A stretch of 64,000 nucleotides of DNA from an uncultured Eubacterium sp. (GTDB taxonomy: Bacteria > Bacillota > Clostridia > Lachnospirales > Lachnospiraceae), in assembly GCA_910589595.1 (NCBI GenBank), contig CAJUTM010000011.1, forward strand, positions 11,054 to 75,053, written 5' to 3'. The position numbers and the translations under genes are program-made. Within the stretch, counting starts at the first letter, position 1; each line of letters opens with the position of its first letter. Below the pieces are notes generated by a model that worked only from the letters and a program-made list of their open reading frames with translations, was not told where the DNA came from and made no database searches. Below are positions 48,704-59,341 of this stretch, one piece after another.

Positions 48704-49957
48704 CTACACAAGAAACGGCGGCACGCTCGCACGAATAAAAATACCATCCTCGCGATACTCTTCTGTCTCCAGCCTGCCGTGTTCCCGAATGCGGCTGATT
48801 TTCCCCGCCTCCTCATAAGGAAATACCCGCTCTATTTTCACGAGTCCCTCGTTGGCAATCCCATCCAGAATCTGCAGCAACTCTGTGATACCGCGGCCAT
48901 ATTTTGCCGATATGTGAACTACCGCGTCGCTCCTGTCATCGCGCAGTCTCTGACAATCACTTTCCCGCAGGCAATCCATCTTATTAAAAGCCGTTATTAT
49001 TTTCTTGTTTTCTACACCGAGTTTATGAAGCGTGTCATAGACAACGTCGCACTGCAAATCCAGTTTCGGATTGGAAGCGTCCGCCACGTGCAAAATAATA
49101 TCGGCATACTTCGCTTCTTCCAGTGTAGACTGAAAGGCGCGAATCAGCGGATGGGGCAGCTTATTGATAAATCCTACCGTATCCGTAAAGAGAAACCGCT
49201 GTCCGTTCTCCATCGTGAGTATGCGCGTCGTGGGGTCTAAGGTGGCGAAGAGCTTATTTTCCTCTAATACCTGCGCTCCGGTAAGCACATTCAAAAGTGT
49301 TGATTTGCCGGCATTTGTGTAGCCGACAATCGCCACGACAGGAATTTGCTCCCGACTTCTCTGTTTGCGCATCGTATCACGGTTCTGTACTACTTCTGTA
49401 AGACGGCGGTTCAGTACCGCTATCCGCTCCCGAATCAATCGCCGGTCCATCTCCAGCTTTTTCTCTCCCGGTCCCCTCGTTCCAATACCGCCGCCGAGGC
49501 GCGACAGCGATTTCCCCAATCCGGCAAGGCGCGAAGAGCGATAACGCAATTGCGCTAATTCCACCTGTAATTTACCCTCGCTTGTTTTGGCATGTTTAGC
49601 GAAAATATCCAATATCAAAACCGTGCGGTCAATTACTTTCGTCTGCAGCATTTCCTGAAGATTTGTAATTTGTGCCGGCGACAGCTCATCATCACAGACA
49701 ATGGCGTCCGCTTGATTTTGTTCTGCCATCTCTTTTAAATCGGCAATCTTTCCCTTTCCGATATACGTGCCTGCATGAACCGCTTCCCGCTTCTGTATAA
49801 GACGCCCGACAGCGACTGCTCCGGCAGTTTCCGCCAGCTCGTTAAGTTCATCCAGCGAATCTTCCACATCCGTACCGTCTTCCACGTCCACTGCCACGAG
49901 AATGACCCTCTCTTTCTCTTCTTCCGTTTTATATGTCACTGTCATTGTATCCCTCAC
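48704..49957 (-). CDS. hflX: GTPase HflX
   Basis: GGGIGTRGPGE, GYTNAGKST, LFATLDPT, DTVGF and NKMD motifs. Confidence 0.95.
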   Translation of the reverse strand: MRDTMTVTYKTEEEKERVILVAVDVEDGTDVEDSLDELNELAETAGAVAVGRLIQKREAVHAGTYIGKGKIADLKEMAEQNQADAIVCDDELSPAQITNLQEMLQTKVIDRTVLILDIFAKHAKTSEGKLQVELAQLRYRSSRLAGLGKSLSRLGGGIGTRGPGEKKLEMDRRLIRERIAVLNRRLTEVVQNRDTMRKQRSREQIPVVAIVGYTNAGKSTLLNVLTGAQVLEENKLFATLDPTTRILTMENGQRFLFTDTVGFINKLPHPLIRAFQSTLEEAKYADIILHVADASNPKLDLQCDVVYDTLHKLGVENKKIITAFNKMDCLRESDCQRLRDDRSDAVVHISAKYGRGITELLQILDGIANEGLVKIERVFPYEEAGKISRIREHGRLETEEYREDGIFIRASVPPFLV

Positions 49958-50940
49958 TTTCCGTCACAAACCCGAAGACTAATCTCACCCGTACGGAGCA
50001 CCTGCTCCTCTCCGTCATCCATGCGTATCAGAAGACCGCCATCGTCGTCAATCTCTGCTGCCGTTCCGTAAGCCCACCCGTCGCCGGAGGAAAAACGGAC
50101 TCTTCTGCCGAGCACATTCGACCATCGTCTATAGTCTTCCATATATGTTTTTTCAGATAATCCCTCATAGAGGGAAAACAGCTCATTCATCACGGCTGCC
50201 GCAAGCGTATTGCGCGGCGTCGGATTCTCTTTGCTACAGACCGCTCCGGCAACATCCCGGATGTCCGGTGAGAATCCCTCCTTGGGTTCACGATAATTGA
50301 TGCCAATGCCGACGACAACCGTATCAATCCGCCCACTCTCAAAATCGGAAACCGCTTCGGTAAGGATACCGCATACTTTTTTGCCGCCCAGATAAACGTC
50401 ATTTACCCACTTAATCGACGGCTCTTCCCGCAAAACCTTTCGTATCGCGCGGCAGACGGCTACCGACGCCGCCGTCGTAATGAGTACGACGTCTGAAGAC
50501 TGCTCCGGTGTGGGACGAAACAAAAAACTCATATAAATGCCCGTTCCAGACGGAGAAGAAAAGCTTCTTCCCCTCCTGCCTCGTCCCGCCGTCTGCTCTT
50601 CCGACAAAACAACAAGCCCTTCTTTGGCGCCGTCCAGCGCTCTCTTTTTTACATCCAGATTCGTCGAGACCGTACTTTTGTATACGACGATTTCGTTGTC
50701 CTGATAACATTCCTGCAAACAGGGCCTTATTCCCTCGGCAGACAAAACATCGCTCTTTCCCATCAGTCGGTATCCGCGGTTGTTTGCCGCCCCAATCTCA
50801 TACCCCTCATCTTTGAGCGCTTTCACCGCTTTCCAAACGGCCGCTCTCGTCACGCCAAGCCGTCCGGCAATATCTTGTCCGGATAAATCGCAGTCCCGAT
50901 TGGCCTCCAATAACATCAACACTTTCGTCTTTACACTCAT
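49954..50940 (-). CDS. birA: Bifunctional biotin ligase/repressor
   Basis: N-terminal HTH; STN, QTAGRGRRGR, KWVND and KKVCGIL motifs. Confidence 0.93.
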   Translation of the reverse strand: MSVKTKVLMLLEANRDCDLSGQDIAGRLGVTRAAVWKAVKALKDEGYEIGAANNRGYRLMGKSDVLSAEGIRPCLQECYQDNEIVVYKSTVSTNLDVKKRALDGAKEGLVVLSEEQTAGRGRRGRSFSSPSGTGIYMSFLFRPTPEQSSDVVLITTAASVAVCRAIRKVLREEPSIKWVNDVYLGGKKVCGILTEAVSDFESGRIDTVVVGIGINYREPKEGFSPDIRDVAGAVCSKENPTPRNTLAAAVMNELFSLYEGLSEKTYMEDYRRWSNVLGRRVRFSSGDGWAYGTAAEIDDDGGLLIRMDDGEEQVLRTGEISLRVCDGK

Positions 50941-50963
50941 AGTATCCTCTCATTTCGATGCCA

Positions 50964-52250
50964 TTATTCCTGTTTCCCTGTCTGTTTCTCCACCTGCTCC
51001 TCTGTCTTCCCCATACGCATTATCTCACCGGACTGCACCTCTGCGTCTACCCTCATGCGAATGCGCTCTGCCGGATGTGGGCAATCTTTTACCTGTTCGC
51101 CATATTGGTTTACCATCTCCTGCACGGTCACGGTCAGGTTTGTGCTGTCCGTTTTCATTATCTCTATCGTGTCGCCAACACTGAATTTGTTCTTCTGCTC
51201 AAATATAATCTGTCCATCTTCTGTCACTTCTTCCACTATGCCAAGATAGACGGAACCTTGCGTGTACGTGTTCGAATCATAAATCTGTGATTCGTGCGTT
51301 GTCTTCCCGAAGAAAAAACCTGTCGTGAACTGCCGGTAAGTACACTTCGCGATTTCTTCCTGATAAAATGAAAGTTTCGCCCGATAGCGTTCGGGGTCTT
51401 CCCAATAGTCATCCAAGGCCTGCCGGTATGCGCGTACAACAACCGCCACATAGAGCGCCGTTTTCATCCGCCCCTCAATCTTAAAACTGTCAATCCCCGC
51501 CTCTACCAATTCCGGTATATGCTCTATCATACACAAATCTTTGGAATTAAAAATATATGTGCCTCTCTCGTTTTCCTCAATCGGCAAATATTCTCCCGGC
51601 CGTGTCTCCTCCACAATATGGTATTTCCAACGGCACGGATGTGTGCAGGCGCCGAGGTTGGCATCTCTTCCGGTAAAATAGTTGCTCAAAAGACAGCGCC
51701 CCGAATACGAGATACACATCGCCCCATGAACAAACGTCTCAATCTCCAATCCCTCCGCTATGTTGGCACGAATATGTGCGATTTCCCGCAACGACAATTC
51801 ACGCGCCGTCACAACGCGCGTCGCTCCTGATTGATGCCAGAAATTAAACGTCATGTAGTTTACATTATTGGCCTGCGTGCTTATATGAATGTCAATCTCC
51901 GGACACACCTTTCGGGCAATCGTAAATACTCCCGCATCGGAAATGATAAGGGCGTCCGGCGCCAGTTCTTTTAATTCCCAAAAATAGTCTTCCACACCTT
52001 GCAAATCCCTGTCATGAGCGGTAATGTTCGCCGTTACATAAACTTTCTTCCCTCTTTCATGGGCATAAGCAATCCCCTCCCGCATGTCCTCTTTCGAAAA
52101 GTTTTTTGCCTTGGCGCGCAGCCCATACATTTCTCCCCCGATATATACCGCGTCTGCGCCGTAACGTATCGCTGTCTTCAATACTTCCAGACTGCTTGCC
52201 GGCGCTAATATCTCCGGTTTCTTCCGTTTCATTTTCTCCTCCATTTCCAT
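50964..52250 (-). CDS. Peptidase U32 family protein (TrhP-like tRNA hydroxylation)
   Basis: PEILAPA, GADAVYIG, HISTQ, HGAMCISYSGRC, CTHPCR and KIEGRMK motifs. Confidence 0.88.
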   Translation of the reverse strand: MEMEEKMKRKKPEILAPASSLEVLKTAIRYGADAVYIGGEMYGLRAKAKNFSKEDMREGIAYAHERGKKVYVTANITAHDRDLQGVEDYFWELKELAPDALIISDAGVFTIARKVCPEIDIHISTQANNVNYMTFNFWHQSGATRVVTARELSLREIAHIRANIAEGLEIETFVHGAMCISYSGRCLLSNYFTGRDANLGACTHPCRWKYHIVEETRPGEYLPIEENERGTYIFNSKDLCMIEHIPELVEAGIDSFKIEGRMKTALYVAVVVRAYRQALDDYWEDPERYRAKLSFYQEEIAKCTYRQFTTGFFFGKTTHESQIYDSNTYTQGSVYLGIVEEVTEDGQIIFEQKNKFSVGDTIEIMKTDSTNLTVTVQEMVNQYGEQVKDCPHPAERIRMRVDAEVQSGEIMRMGKTEEQVEKQTGKQE

Positions 52251-52257
52251 ATACCGC

Positions 52258-52905
52258 TCACTGCCGGTAACTGATTGTCATCCCGTCGCCAACAGCAAGG
52301 CAAATCGTTTCCAGCTCTTTCCTCTCCGTCAGCGCCTGCAAATACTGCCGCATGCGTCCGTGAATCGTGCGGTCTCTCCTTGTAACCGCATAACGCGATT
52401 CGAGCACATCCCCCTCGTGAAGAATGTTATCGGATACCAACGTCCCCCCCTGTGCCAGCAGACGGCAGACAAAGGGAAGAAAATTCAAGTATTGTCCTTT
52501 CGCAGCGTCCATAAATATAAAATCATATTGCTCTCCCGCCTCTGCCAAACGCTGCAAGATATCGGCTGCATCTCCCTCCAACAGCGTAATCTGCCCCGCT
52601 TTATCGTAACGCGCTATATTCTGCCTCGCTTCCGTCAGACGCATTTCTACTTTCTCAATCGTTGTAATTGATGAGGTTTCCGGCAGGCATGATTTCATAA
52701 AAAGCGCCGAGTATCCGATTGCCGTTCCAATTTCCAACACACGGGCCGGTTTTCCCGTGCGAAGCAGATAGCGCAGCAAATCACGCGTTCCGCGCCGGAT
52801 AATCGGCACGTCTGCGGCGAGCGCCTGCCTCTCCAAATCCGCAATATAAGGGGCGGACTGCCGACGGTATTTTTCCAAAAAAACTTCCATGCGCTCCTGC
52901 TCCAT
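52258..52905 (-). CDS. O-methyltransferase (TrmR/YrrM-like)
   Basis: LEIGTAIGYSA and DFIFMDAAKGQY motifs; GGAGG RBS before the ATG at 52905. Confidence 0.85.
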   Translation of the reverse strand: MEQERMEVFLEKYRRQSAPYIADLERQALAADVPIIRRGTRDLLRYLLRTGKPARVLEIGTAIGYSALFMKSCLPETSSITTIEKVEMRLTEARQNIARYDKAGQITLLEGDAADILQRLAEAGEQYDFIFMDAAKGQYLNFLPFVCRLLAQGGTLVSDNILHEGDVLESRYAVTRRDRTIHGRMRQYLQALTERKELETICLAVGDGMTISYRQ

Positions 52906-52928
52906 GCACATCCTCCATTCTGCTCTTA

Positions 52929-52958
52929 TAAAAAGCCCGCTACTTTCCGGCGGGCTTT
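52929..52958 (-). terminator. Intrinsic terminator after the ireB-ruvX-rnj-mltG-like operon
   Basis: AAAGCCCGC-N10-GCGGGCTTTTT. Confidence 0.75.
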
Positions 52959-52964
52959 CTTTTT

Positions 52965-53342
52965 TCATTTCAATGTATCTGTTTTCTTTCGGTATATGGC
53001 ATGACGGATATCGTCATACGTCATACTGCTGTTCAGCGTATAGGAACCTGACTGCAGGCTTACATCGTCACTCTTTTCCAATCGCATGCGCAGATAAAAG
53101 GAAAAGCGGTCTGCGATTAAATCTTTGCGCGCCAAATCCTTTGCCACCTCATACTCCGTTTCATTCTCAGCGATGTAAAAGGTCACTTCTCTCCCCGGAG
53201 GCAAATCGCGCGACGTATCGCCTACCGTGCGATACGCTAACCGATAACCGACATGGCACAATTCCACCCCGCCAAAAACAACTATGCCAATCAATAAAAT
53301 ATTCAATAATACAATCAGCATCGTTCGCACCGCTTTCAGCAT
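52965..53342 (-). CDS. Short MltG/YceG N-terminal-domain protein
   Basis: TM helix followed by VA..L....LI and LQSGSYTLNSSMTY.DI; occupies the mltG position in conserved gene order. Confidence 0.6.
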   Translation of the reverse strand: MLKAVRTMLIVLLNILLIGIVVFGGVELCHVGYRLAYRTVGDTSRDLPPGREVTFYIAENETEYEVAKDLARKDLIADRFSFYLRMRLEKSDDVSLQSGSYTLNSSMTYDDIRHAIYRKKTDTLK

Positions 53343-53345
53343 GAA

Positions 53346-55028
53346 CTATACCTCCATAATAATCGGTAATATCATCGGGTTTCGCTTTGTCTTTTTCCAC
53401 AAGAAATCATTGAGCGTATCTTTGATTTCTGATTTCATATGACCCCAATCGGTAATTCCTCTGTCATAGAGGCGGTCAAGCGCAATATTCACCACTTCCC
53501 GGCACTCATCCATCAGATTTTCCGATTCTCTCACATAGACGAAACCGCGGGATACAATATCCGGCCCCGACAGGATTGTATTGGAGCCACGTTCCAGAGT
53601 AAGAACGACAACTAACAAGCCGTTCTCCGACAAATGCTGCCTGTCGCGCAAAACAATGTTGCCGACGTCACCGACGCCCAGTCCGTCTACCATAATACCC
53701 TGTGCTATCGTCTTTCCTACGATGCGGGCGCTGTCTTCCCGAAGTTCCAAAATGTCTCCGGAACGGAGTATTTTTACATTGTCCTTTGGCACGCCCATCT
53801 TCTGCGCCAGCTCGCTCTGGCCTAAGAGATGGCGGTACTCACCGTGAACCGGAATGGCAAATCGAGGCTTCACAAGAGAATAAATCAGTTTTATCTCTTC
53901 CTCACAGGCATGTCCGGATACATGCGTATCTTGAATAATAACTTTGGCTCCCTTTTGGGATAACTCATTGATTACTTTCGATACCGATTTCTCATTGCCC
54001 GGAATCGGACGGGAACTAAAGATAACAACATCGCCCGGCATAATGGTGATTTTGCGGTGAATGCTCGCCGCGATGCGGGACAACGCAGCCATCGCCTCTC
54101 CCTGACTTCCGGTCGTAATCAAAACCAGCTGCTCGTCAGAATAATTTTTCATTTCTTCCAGACTGATTATCATATTGTCCGGCACCTGAATATAGCCGAG
54201 CTCTACTGCCGTATTGACAATATTAACCATGCTCCGTCCCTCAATGACGACTTTTCTGTTCTGCTTCTGCGCGGAATTAATAATCTGCTGCACGCGGTCG
54301 ACGTTGGAGGCAAAGGTGGCGACAATAATGCGGTTTTTGGCATTTTCCTCGAATATCGTGTCAAACGTCGTGCCAACGGTTCTCTCCGATTCGGTAAATC
54401 CCGATTTGAGAACGTTGGTACTGTCGCACATCAATGCCAGCACGCCCTTTTTGCCCAGCTCGCCAAAACGGGCCAAGTCAATCGTGTCTCCGTATACCGG
54501 CGTATAGTCCACCTTGAAATCGCCCGTGTGAACGATGACGCCGGCCGGCGTATAAATCGCCAGCGCTGCAGAATCGGCAATACTGTGGTTCGTACAGATA
54601 AATTCAATGCGGAAATCTCCCAAATTAATATACTGGCCGTACGAAATTACTTTTCTTTTTACATTGTTAATCAGATTATGCTCTTTTAATTTATTTTCAA
54701 TAATCGCCATCGTCAGTTTCGTGGCATAAATCGGCACGTTTAATTCTTTCAACACATACGGCAGGGAACCGATATGGTCTTCGTGTCCGTGGGTAATGAC
54801 AAACCCTTTCACTTTTTCCCGATTGTCTTTCAGATACGTGATATCGGGAATTACCAAATCCACGCCCAGCATATCGTCTTCCGGAAATGCCAGTCCGCAA
54901 TCTACTACAATAATACTCTTTTCGGTTTCAAACGCAGTAATATTCATTCCAATCTGCTCTAATCCGCCCAGAGGAACTACTTTTACATACTCGTTCCCCG
55001 ATTTTTCTTTCTTTTTCAAAAAATACAC
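53346..55028 (-). CDS. rnj: Ribonuclease J
   Basis: PLGGLEQIGMN, THGHEDHIG, HTGDFK, HVSGH and PVHGE motifs. Confidence 0.95.
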   Translation of the reverse strand: MYFLKKKEKSGNEYVKVVPLGGLEQIGMNITAFETEKSIIVVDCGLAFPEDDMLGVDLVIPDITYLKDNREKVKGFVITHGHEDHIGSLPYVLKELNVPIYATKLTMAIIENKLKEHNLINNVKRKVISYGQYINLGDFRIEFICTNHSIADSAALAIYTPAGVIVHTGDFKVDYTPVYGDTIDLARFGELGKKGVLALMCDSTNVLKSGFTESERTVGTTFDTIFEENAKNRIIVATFASNVDRVQQIINSAQKQNRKVVIEGRSMVNIVNTAVELGYIQVPDNMIISLEEMKNYSDEQLVLITTGSQGEAMAALSRIAASIHRKITIMPGDVVIFSSRPIPGNEKSVSKVINELSQKGAKVIIQDTHVSGHACEEEIKLIYSLVKPRFAIPVHGEYRHLLGQSELAQKMGVPKDNVKILRSGDILELREDSARIVGKTIAQGIMVDGLGVGDVGNIVLRDRQHLSENGLLVVVLTLERGSNTILSGPDIVSRGFVYVRESENLMDECREVVNIALDRLYDRGITDWGHMKSEIKDTLNDFLWKKTKRNPMILPIIMEV

Positions 55029-55032
55029 CTCT

Positions 55033-55299
55033 CTATTCTGGTTTTAATTCTATATCCTCTAATAATTCCTCAAAATATTTAGAGATAATCGCCAACTCCT
55101 TTTCCTCTTCCACAACTTCGTACATCACCATGTCGCCCTCTTCCATTTCCCTGAGAATAAGCGCTTCTGCCTCTTCCTCTTCTATCGAATCGCTCACAAG
55201 TAGATACGACTTTCCGGCAATATCTGCTTTTTCCAACACAAAAAAAGCCACCTCGCTGCCATCGTCAGCCGTAAGCATAATCTGACCATTTTCTGACAT
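55033..55299 (-). CDS. DUF1292 family acidic protein
   Basis: 88 aa, very acidic, directly downstream of ruvX as in the conserved Firmicute order. Confidence 0.75.
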   Translation of the reverse strand: MSENGQIMLTADDGSEVAFFVLEKADIAGKSYLLVSDSIEEEEAEALILREMEEGDMVMYEVVEEEKELAIISKYFEELLEDIELKPE

Positions 55300-55309
55300 T
55301 TAATTCCTC

Positions 55310-55744
55310 CTAATCACGTATAAAATCCAAATATCCCTGCAAGATTACGGAGGCAGCCAGTTTATCCACGTACGCTTTCCGCCGGTCTGCCCGTACTCCG
55401 CTTTCTTTTAACACGTCCATCGCGGCTGCAGTACTCAGGCGTTCGTCCCACAACACAACTTCCAATCCCGTGCGAGCTGCTAATTTGTCCATAAATTCTT
55501 TCGTACGCTCTACCCGTTCACCCTCCGAATTATTCATATTTTTCGGATATCCGAGCACAATACGTCCTACGTCGTTTTCCTCCGCCAACACCTGAATGCG
55601 GGCGAGAGTCTGCCGTAACTTATTTTCACTTTTTCTTTTTATTACTTCGACGGGCTGCGCAGTAAGCAGCATGGCGTCACTGATAGCCACACCTACTGTT
55701 ACAGAACCGTAGTCAAGTCCCATAATTTTCAATCTATGCTCCAT
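55310..55744 (-). CDS. ruvX: Holliday junction resolvase-like RuvX/YqgF
   Basis: [22 protein letters not shown] and VDKLAA..ILQGYLD motifs. Confidence 0.92.
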   Translation of the reverse strand: MEHRLKIMGLDYGSVTVGVAISDAMLLTAQPVEVIKRKSENKLRQTLARIQVLAEENDVGRIVLGYPKNMNNSEGERVERTKEFMDKLAARTGLEVVLWDERLSTAAAMDVLKESGVRADRRKAYVDKLAASVILQGYLDFIRD

Positions 55745-55802
55745 TCAAACTGTCAACAAACAAATGCAGGTTCACTTATACAAAAGAGTAACAACCTAAA
55801 GT

Positions 55803-56066
55803 TTATTTTTTCAAATTATTTTCAATATAATCTTCCAAAAACACCTCGATAATTTCATCGCGTTCCGCACGCATAATCAGACTGCGCGCTCCCTTATGGC
55901 TCGTTATATAGGTCGGGTCGCCCGACATTAAATAACCGACTATTTGATTAATCGGATTGTATCCCTTTTCCGTTAAAGCTCCGTAAACAGATGCAATAAT
56001 ATCCCGAACATCTAATTCCTTATCAAGTTCGACTTTGAAATATTGTGTATTGTTAAATTCCTGCAT
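55803..56066 (-). CDS. ireB: IreB/UPF0297 family regulatory phosphoprotein
   Basis: VY.AL.EKGYNPINQIVGYLMSGDPTYIT motif. Confidence 0.9.
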   Translation of the reverse strand: MQEFNNTQYFKVELDKELDVRDIIASVYGALTEKGYNPINQIVGYLMSGDPTYITSHKGARSLIMRAERDEIIEVFLEDYIENNLKK

Positions 56067-56304
56067 CCTGTCACGCCCTTTCTATTATCACAAACTAATC
56101 ATCAACATTGTAATATATCCCCAACTAATTCGCAAGGGGTAATTGTAACTTTTTTCACTAATGATTCTTTTTATTTGCCGGAAATGGAAGCGGCAAAGTT
56201 TACAATCGTTTCAAGATTGCTCAAATATCTAATCCTGATTTACTAAATCGTAATTTGATATTATTATGCCCGTAAATCAAAAAAATCAAGAGGCTTTTCA
56301 ATGG

Positions 56305-57660
56305 TCAGAAAAAAATATGCTGCACTCTCACTTCATGTATTTCATTTTCCCGATATCCGCTCTCCTCCGCCTCTGCGAGCGGCACTCCTATCTTCACATA
56401 GCGTTCATTATGTCCCATTAAATAGCAGACGCCGTTCCGCTCCTCCGTATCTTCAAATAGCACCTTCTCCATTTGCCCCTGAAACAGATTGCCGTAATTG
56501 CGTCGGTAACAAACCGTATCTGCTATAAGGCAATCCACTCTTCTCTTCTTTTCTTCCGGGCTTACCTGCGCCGGCATATCCGCCGCTTTCGTTCCGGCTC
56601 GTGGTGAGTACGGAAATACATGAATATCCGCGAGCTGAAGTTCTTTCAAATACTCTCTCGTCTTGTCAAATTCCTCTTCCGTCTCCCCCGGAAAGCCGAC
56701 AATGACATCGGTTGTAATCGCCGGACAGGAAAAGTACTGTCGAAGAAGTTTGACCTTTTCCCGATATTCATCGGATGTATAACGTCGATTCATCCTCTGT
56801 AACACACTATCACAACCGCTTTGCAGAGATAAGTGAAAATGCGGACATAATTGTTCTATTTTCGCGAGTTCCTGCAAAAACACTTCTGAAATAATGCGGG
56901 GTTCCAATGACCCCAAGCGAATCCTCTCAATTCCATCCACCTGTGCCACCCTGCGAATCAATTCCAATAACGGCTCGCCTTTTGCCTTTATAAAGTCTGC
57001 CGTTCCCATCCGCTCTACTCCGTAAGAGGACAAATGGATTCCGGTGAGCACAACTTCTCGACAGCCTTTTTGCGCCAGCAGTTCCACTTCTGCAATAACC
57101 TGCTCCTCTGGCATACTGCGAAGTTTCCCCCGCCCTCTCACATACGGAATCAGACAGTACGTGCAAAATTGATTGCATCCGTCCTGTACTTTAATATAGG
57201 CTCTCGTCCGCTCGTGACGGACATCACGGCTGCCTGCTGCCAGTCGTTCCGTTCGCTCAAGAGAAAACTGCTCTATCATCCGTCCGGCTATATTCTCTTT
57301 GTCGTCATTTGTAAAATAGGCGTCAACCGCACTATCCGTCTTCAGTCTTTCACTGTCGCTTTCCACATAACAGCCTACCGCCGCCACAAGACTTTGCGGA
57401 TTTTTTTTCTTCGCACGGTGTAACATCTGTCGGGACTTGCGGTCTGCTATATTAGTAACGGTACAGGTATTGACGATATATATATCTGCGGAATCAGAAA
57501 AATCCACAATTTCAAAACCAGCTTTCTGAAACTGTTCCATCATTTTTTCCGTCTCATAAAAGTTTACCTTGCAGCCCAATGTGAGAAAGGCCACCCGTCT
57601 TCTCTCCGGCAAATTTTCTCTTTTTGACATTTTTCTCTCCATTTCGTTAGCAGTTTGCAC
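56305..57660 (-). CDS. mtaB: tRNA t6A37 methylthiotransferase
   Basis: TLGCKVNFYE, NTCTVT, KVQDGCNQFCTYC, HLSLQSG and YSPRAGT motifs. Confidence 0.92.
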   Translation of the reverse strand: MQTANEMERKMSKRENLPERRRVAFLTLGCKVNFYETEKMMEQFQKAGFEIVDFSDSADIYIVNTCTVTNIADRKSRQMLHRAKKKNPQSLVAAVGCYVESDSERLKTDSAVDAYFTNDDKENIAGRMIEQFSLERTERLAAGSRDVRHERTRAYIKVQDGCNQFCTYCLIPYVRGRGKLRSMPEEQVIAEVELLAQKGCREVVLTGIHLSSYGVERMGTADFIKAKGEPLLELIRRVAQVDGIERIRLGSLEPRIISEVFLQELAKIEQLCPHFHLSLQSGCDSVLQRMNRRYTSDEYREKVKLLRQYFSCPAITTDVIVGFPGETEEEFDKTREYLKELQLADIHVFPYSPRAGTKAADMPAQVSPEEKKRRVDCLIADTVCYRRNYGNLFQGQMEKVLFEDTEERNGVCYLMGHNERYVKIGVPLAEAEESGYRENEIHEVRVQHIFF

Positions 57661-57787
57661 AAAAAACGCATTATTTTTTCAATCACCTCGTCAATTTTGG
57701 ATATTGACATAATCTTTGCTTCATACTAGTATAATACATGAAGAAAGAGAAAACTATCTTTCAATACAAAAAAAGGAGGTATTGATT

Positions 57788-58021
57788 ATGAAAACAGTTA
57801 AAATTTCTTTAAATTCTATCGACAAAGTAAAAGCCTTTGTAAATGAAGTGGCAAAATTCGATGCAGAATTTGATTTAGTGTCCGGACGATATGTCATTGA
57901 CGCCAAGTCCATCATGGGTATCTTCAGTCTTGACTTATCCAAGTCCATTGATTTGAACATCCATAGCGAGAGCGATGTCGATGAAATCCTTGACAAGTTA
58001 TCAGAATTTATTGTGGACTAA
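57788..58021 (+). CDS. HPr-family protein lacking His15
   Basis: IDAKSIMG Ser46 motif present, no GLHARP; AAGGAGG RBS. Confidence 0.85.
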   Translation: MKTVKISLNSIDKVKAFVNEVAKFDAEFDLVSGRYVIDAKSIMGIFSLDLSKSIDLNIHSESDVDEILDKLSEFIVD

Positions 58022-58137
58022 TGTCTGCACAGCAAAAAATTGGGTTTGTTACTTTACGGGGCGGCAGCACAGCCGCCGCTTTTTTGTTTTATAGGAAGAA
58101 CCGCCCTGTGCGGCGCGCTTCCCAGCCAGCCATTTTT

Positions 58138-59325
58138 TTACATTTCCGGCCGTACGGTAACAACTTCTCTCTCATCAATGGCCCTGCTCACCATTTCGTC
58201 AATCTTTTCTTCTAATTGTTTTTCGGATTCTTCCATCTTACTAATATTCGGTTTTGTCACCGGATGTTTTGCCACAAAAATAGTACAGCAGTCCTCAAAT
58301 GGCTGAATGGATGTCTCAAATGTATGAATCCTCTCTGCCACCTCGATAATTTCATTTTTATCAAAAGCAATGAGCGGCCGGAATACCGGTATCGTGCATA
58401 CCGCGTCCGTCGCTGCCAGACTCTGCATTGTCTGACTGGCAACCTGCCCGACGCTCTCTCCCGTAATCAGCGACAGGCAATGTCTCTCTTCCGCAATCTT
58501 CTGGGCAATTCTCATCATATAACGCCGCATAATTATCGTCAGCTCGTCGTGCGGGCACTGCTCATAAATATATAACTGAATATCCGTAAAATTGACGATA
58601 TGAAGTTTTATATCTCCGGCGTACTCGGACACCAGCTGCGCCAAATCCACAACTTTCTGTTTTGCGCGGTCACTCGTATACGGCGGCGCATGGAAATATA
58701 CCGCCTCAATACGAACGCCTCTCTTTGCCATCATATATCCCGCCACCGGACTGTCAATCCCGCCAGACAAAAGGAGCATTGAGCGGTCGGCAGTTCCAAC
58801 CGGCATACCGCCGGGGCCTTTAATACTTGTGACATATACATAAGCGCGCTGCCGGATTTCCACATAGACTTTCACTTGCGGATGGTGTACATCTACCGAG
58901 GCATTCGGCATATGCTCCAAAATATAGGAGCCTGCTTCCATACATATTTCCGGACTCTGCATATCATAATTTTTATCACTGCGCTTGGCGAATACTTTAA
59001 ATGTAAACGGCGTATCTCCCAATTCTTCGCGCATATGCTCCACCAATTGTTCGCAGATGTGGGAAAACGTCTTATCCTCTACTAATACAACCGGACAAAT
59101 ATGGGCGATACCAAAAACATGTGTCAATCCGTCGATGACTTCGTCCTCATCAAAAGCGGATTTTGCTTCAATATAAATCCGCCCCTGCTCTTTTTCTACA
59201 AAAAAATCTCCCTGACAACGCTGCAACCGCTCCTTTATCCGGCGTACGAGAGCATCCTCAAATACATAACGGTTCTTTCCCTTTATGCCAATCTCCGCAT
59301 ATTTTACTAAAAAAGCTTGTACCAT
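58138..59325 (-). CDS. thiI: tRNA 4-thiouridine synthase
   Basis: EIGIKGKNR, THUMP domain, LLSGGIDSPVA, GESVGQVASQT and EDCC motifs. Confidence 0.93.
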   Translation of the reverse strand: MVQAFLVKYAEIGIKGKNRYVFEDALVRRIKERLQRCQGDFFVEKEQGRIYIEAKSAFDEDEVIDGLTHVFGIAHICPVVLVEDKTFSHICEQLVEHMREELGDTPFTFKVFAKRSDKNYDMQSPEICMEAGSYILEHMPNASVDVHHPQVKVYVEIRQRAYVYVTSIKGPGGMPVGTADRSMLLLSGGIDSPVAGYMMAKRGVRIEAVYFHAPPYTSDRAKQKVVDLAQLVSEYAGDIKLHIVNFTDIQLYIYEQCPHDELTIIMRRYMMRIAQKIAEERHCLSLITGESVGQVASQTMQSLAATDAVCTIPVFRPLIAFDKNEIIEVAERIHTFETSIQPFEDCCTIFVAKHPVTKPNISKMEESEKQLEEKIDEMVSRAIDEREVVTVRPEM

Positions 59326-59341
59326 TTTCTAAAACTCCTTT

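Noticed and set aside
52906..52968. N-terminal extension of the methyltransferase ORF
   Set aside because: It spans a terminator hairpin; the RBS-supported start is 52905.
56070..56300. Possible 6S RNA or sRNA between mtaB and ireB
   Set aside because: Only short hairpins (TTTGCCG/CGGCAAA) are visible; no long rod with a central bubble; compatible with a terminator plus promoter.
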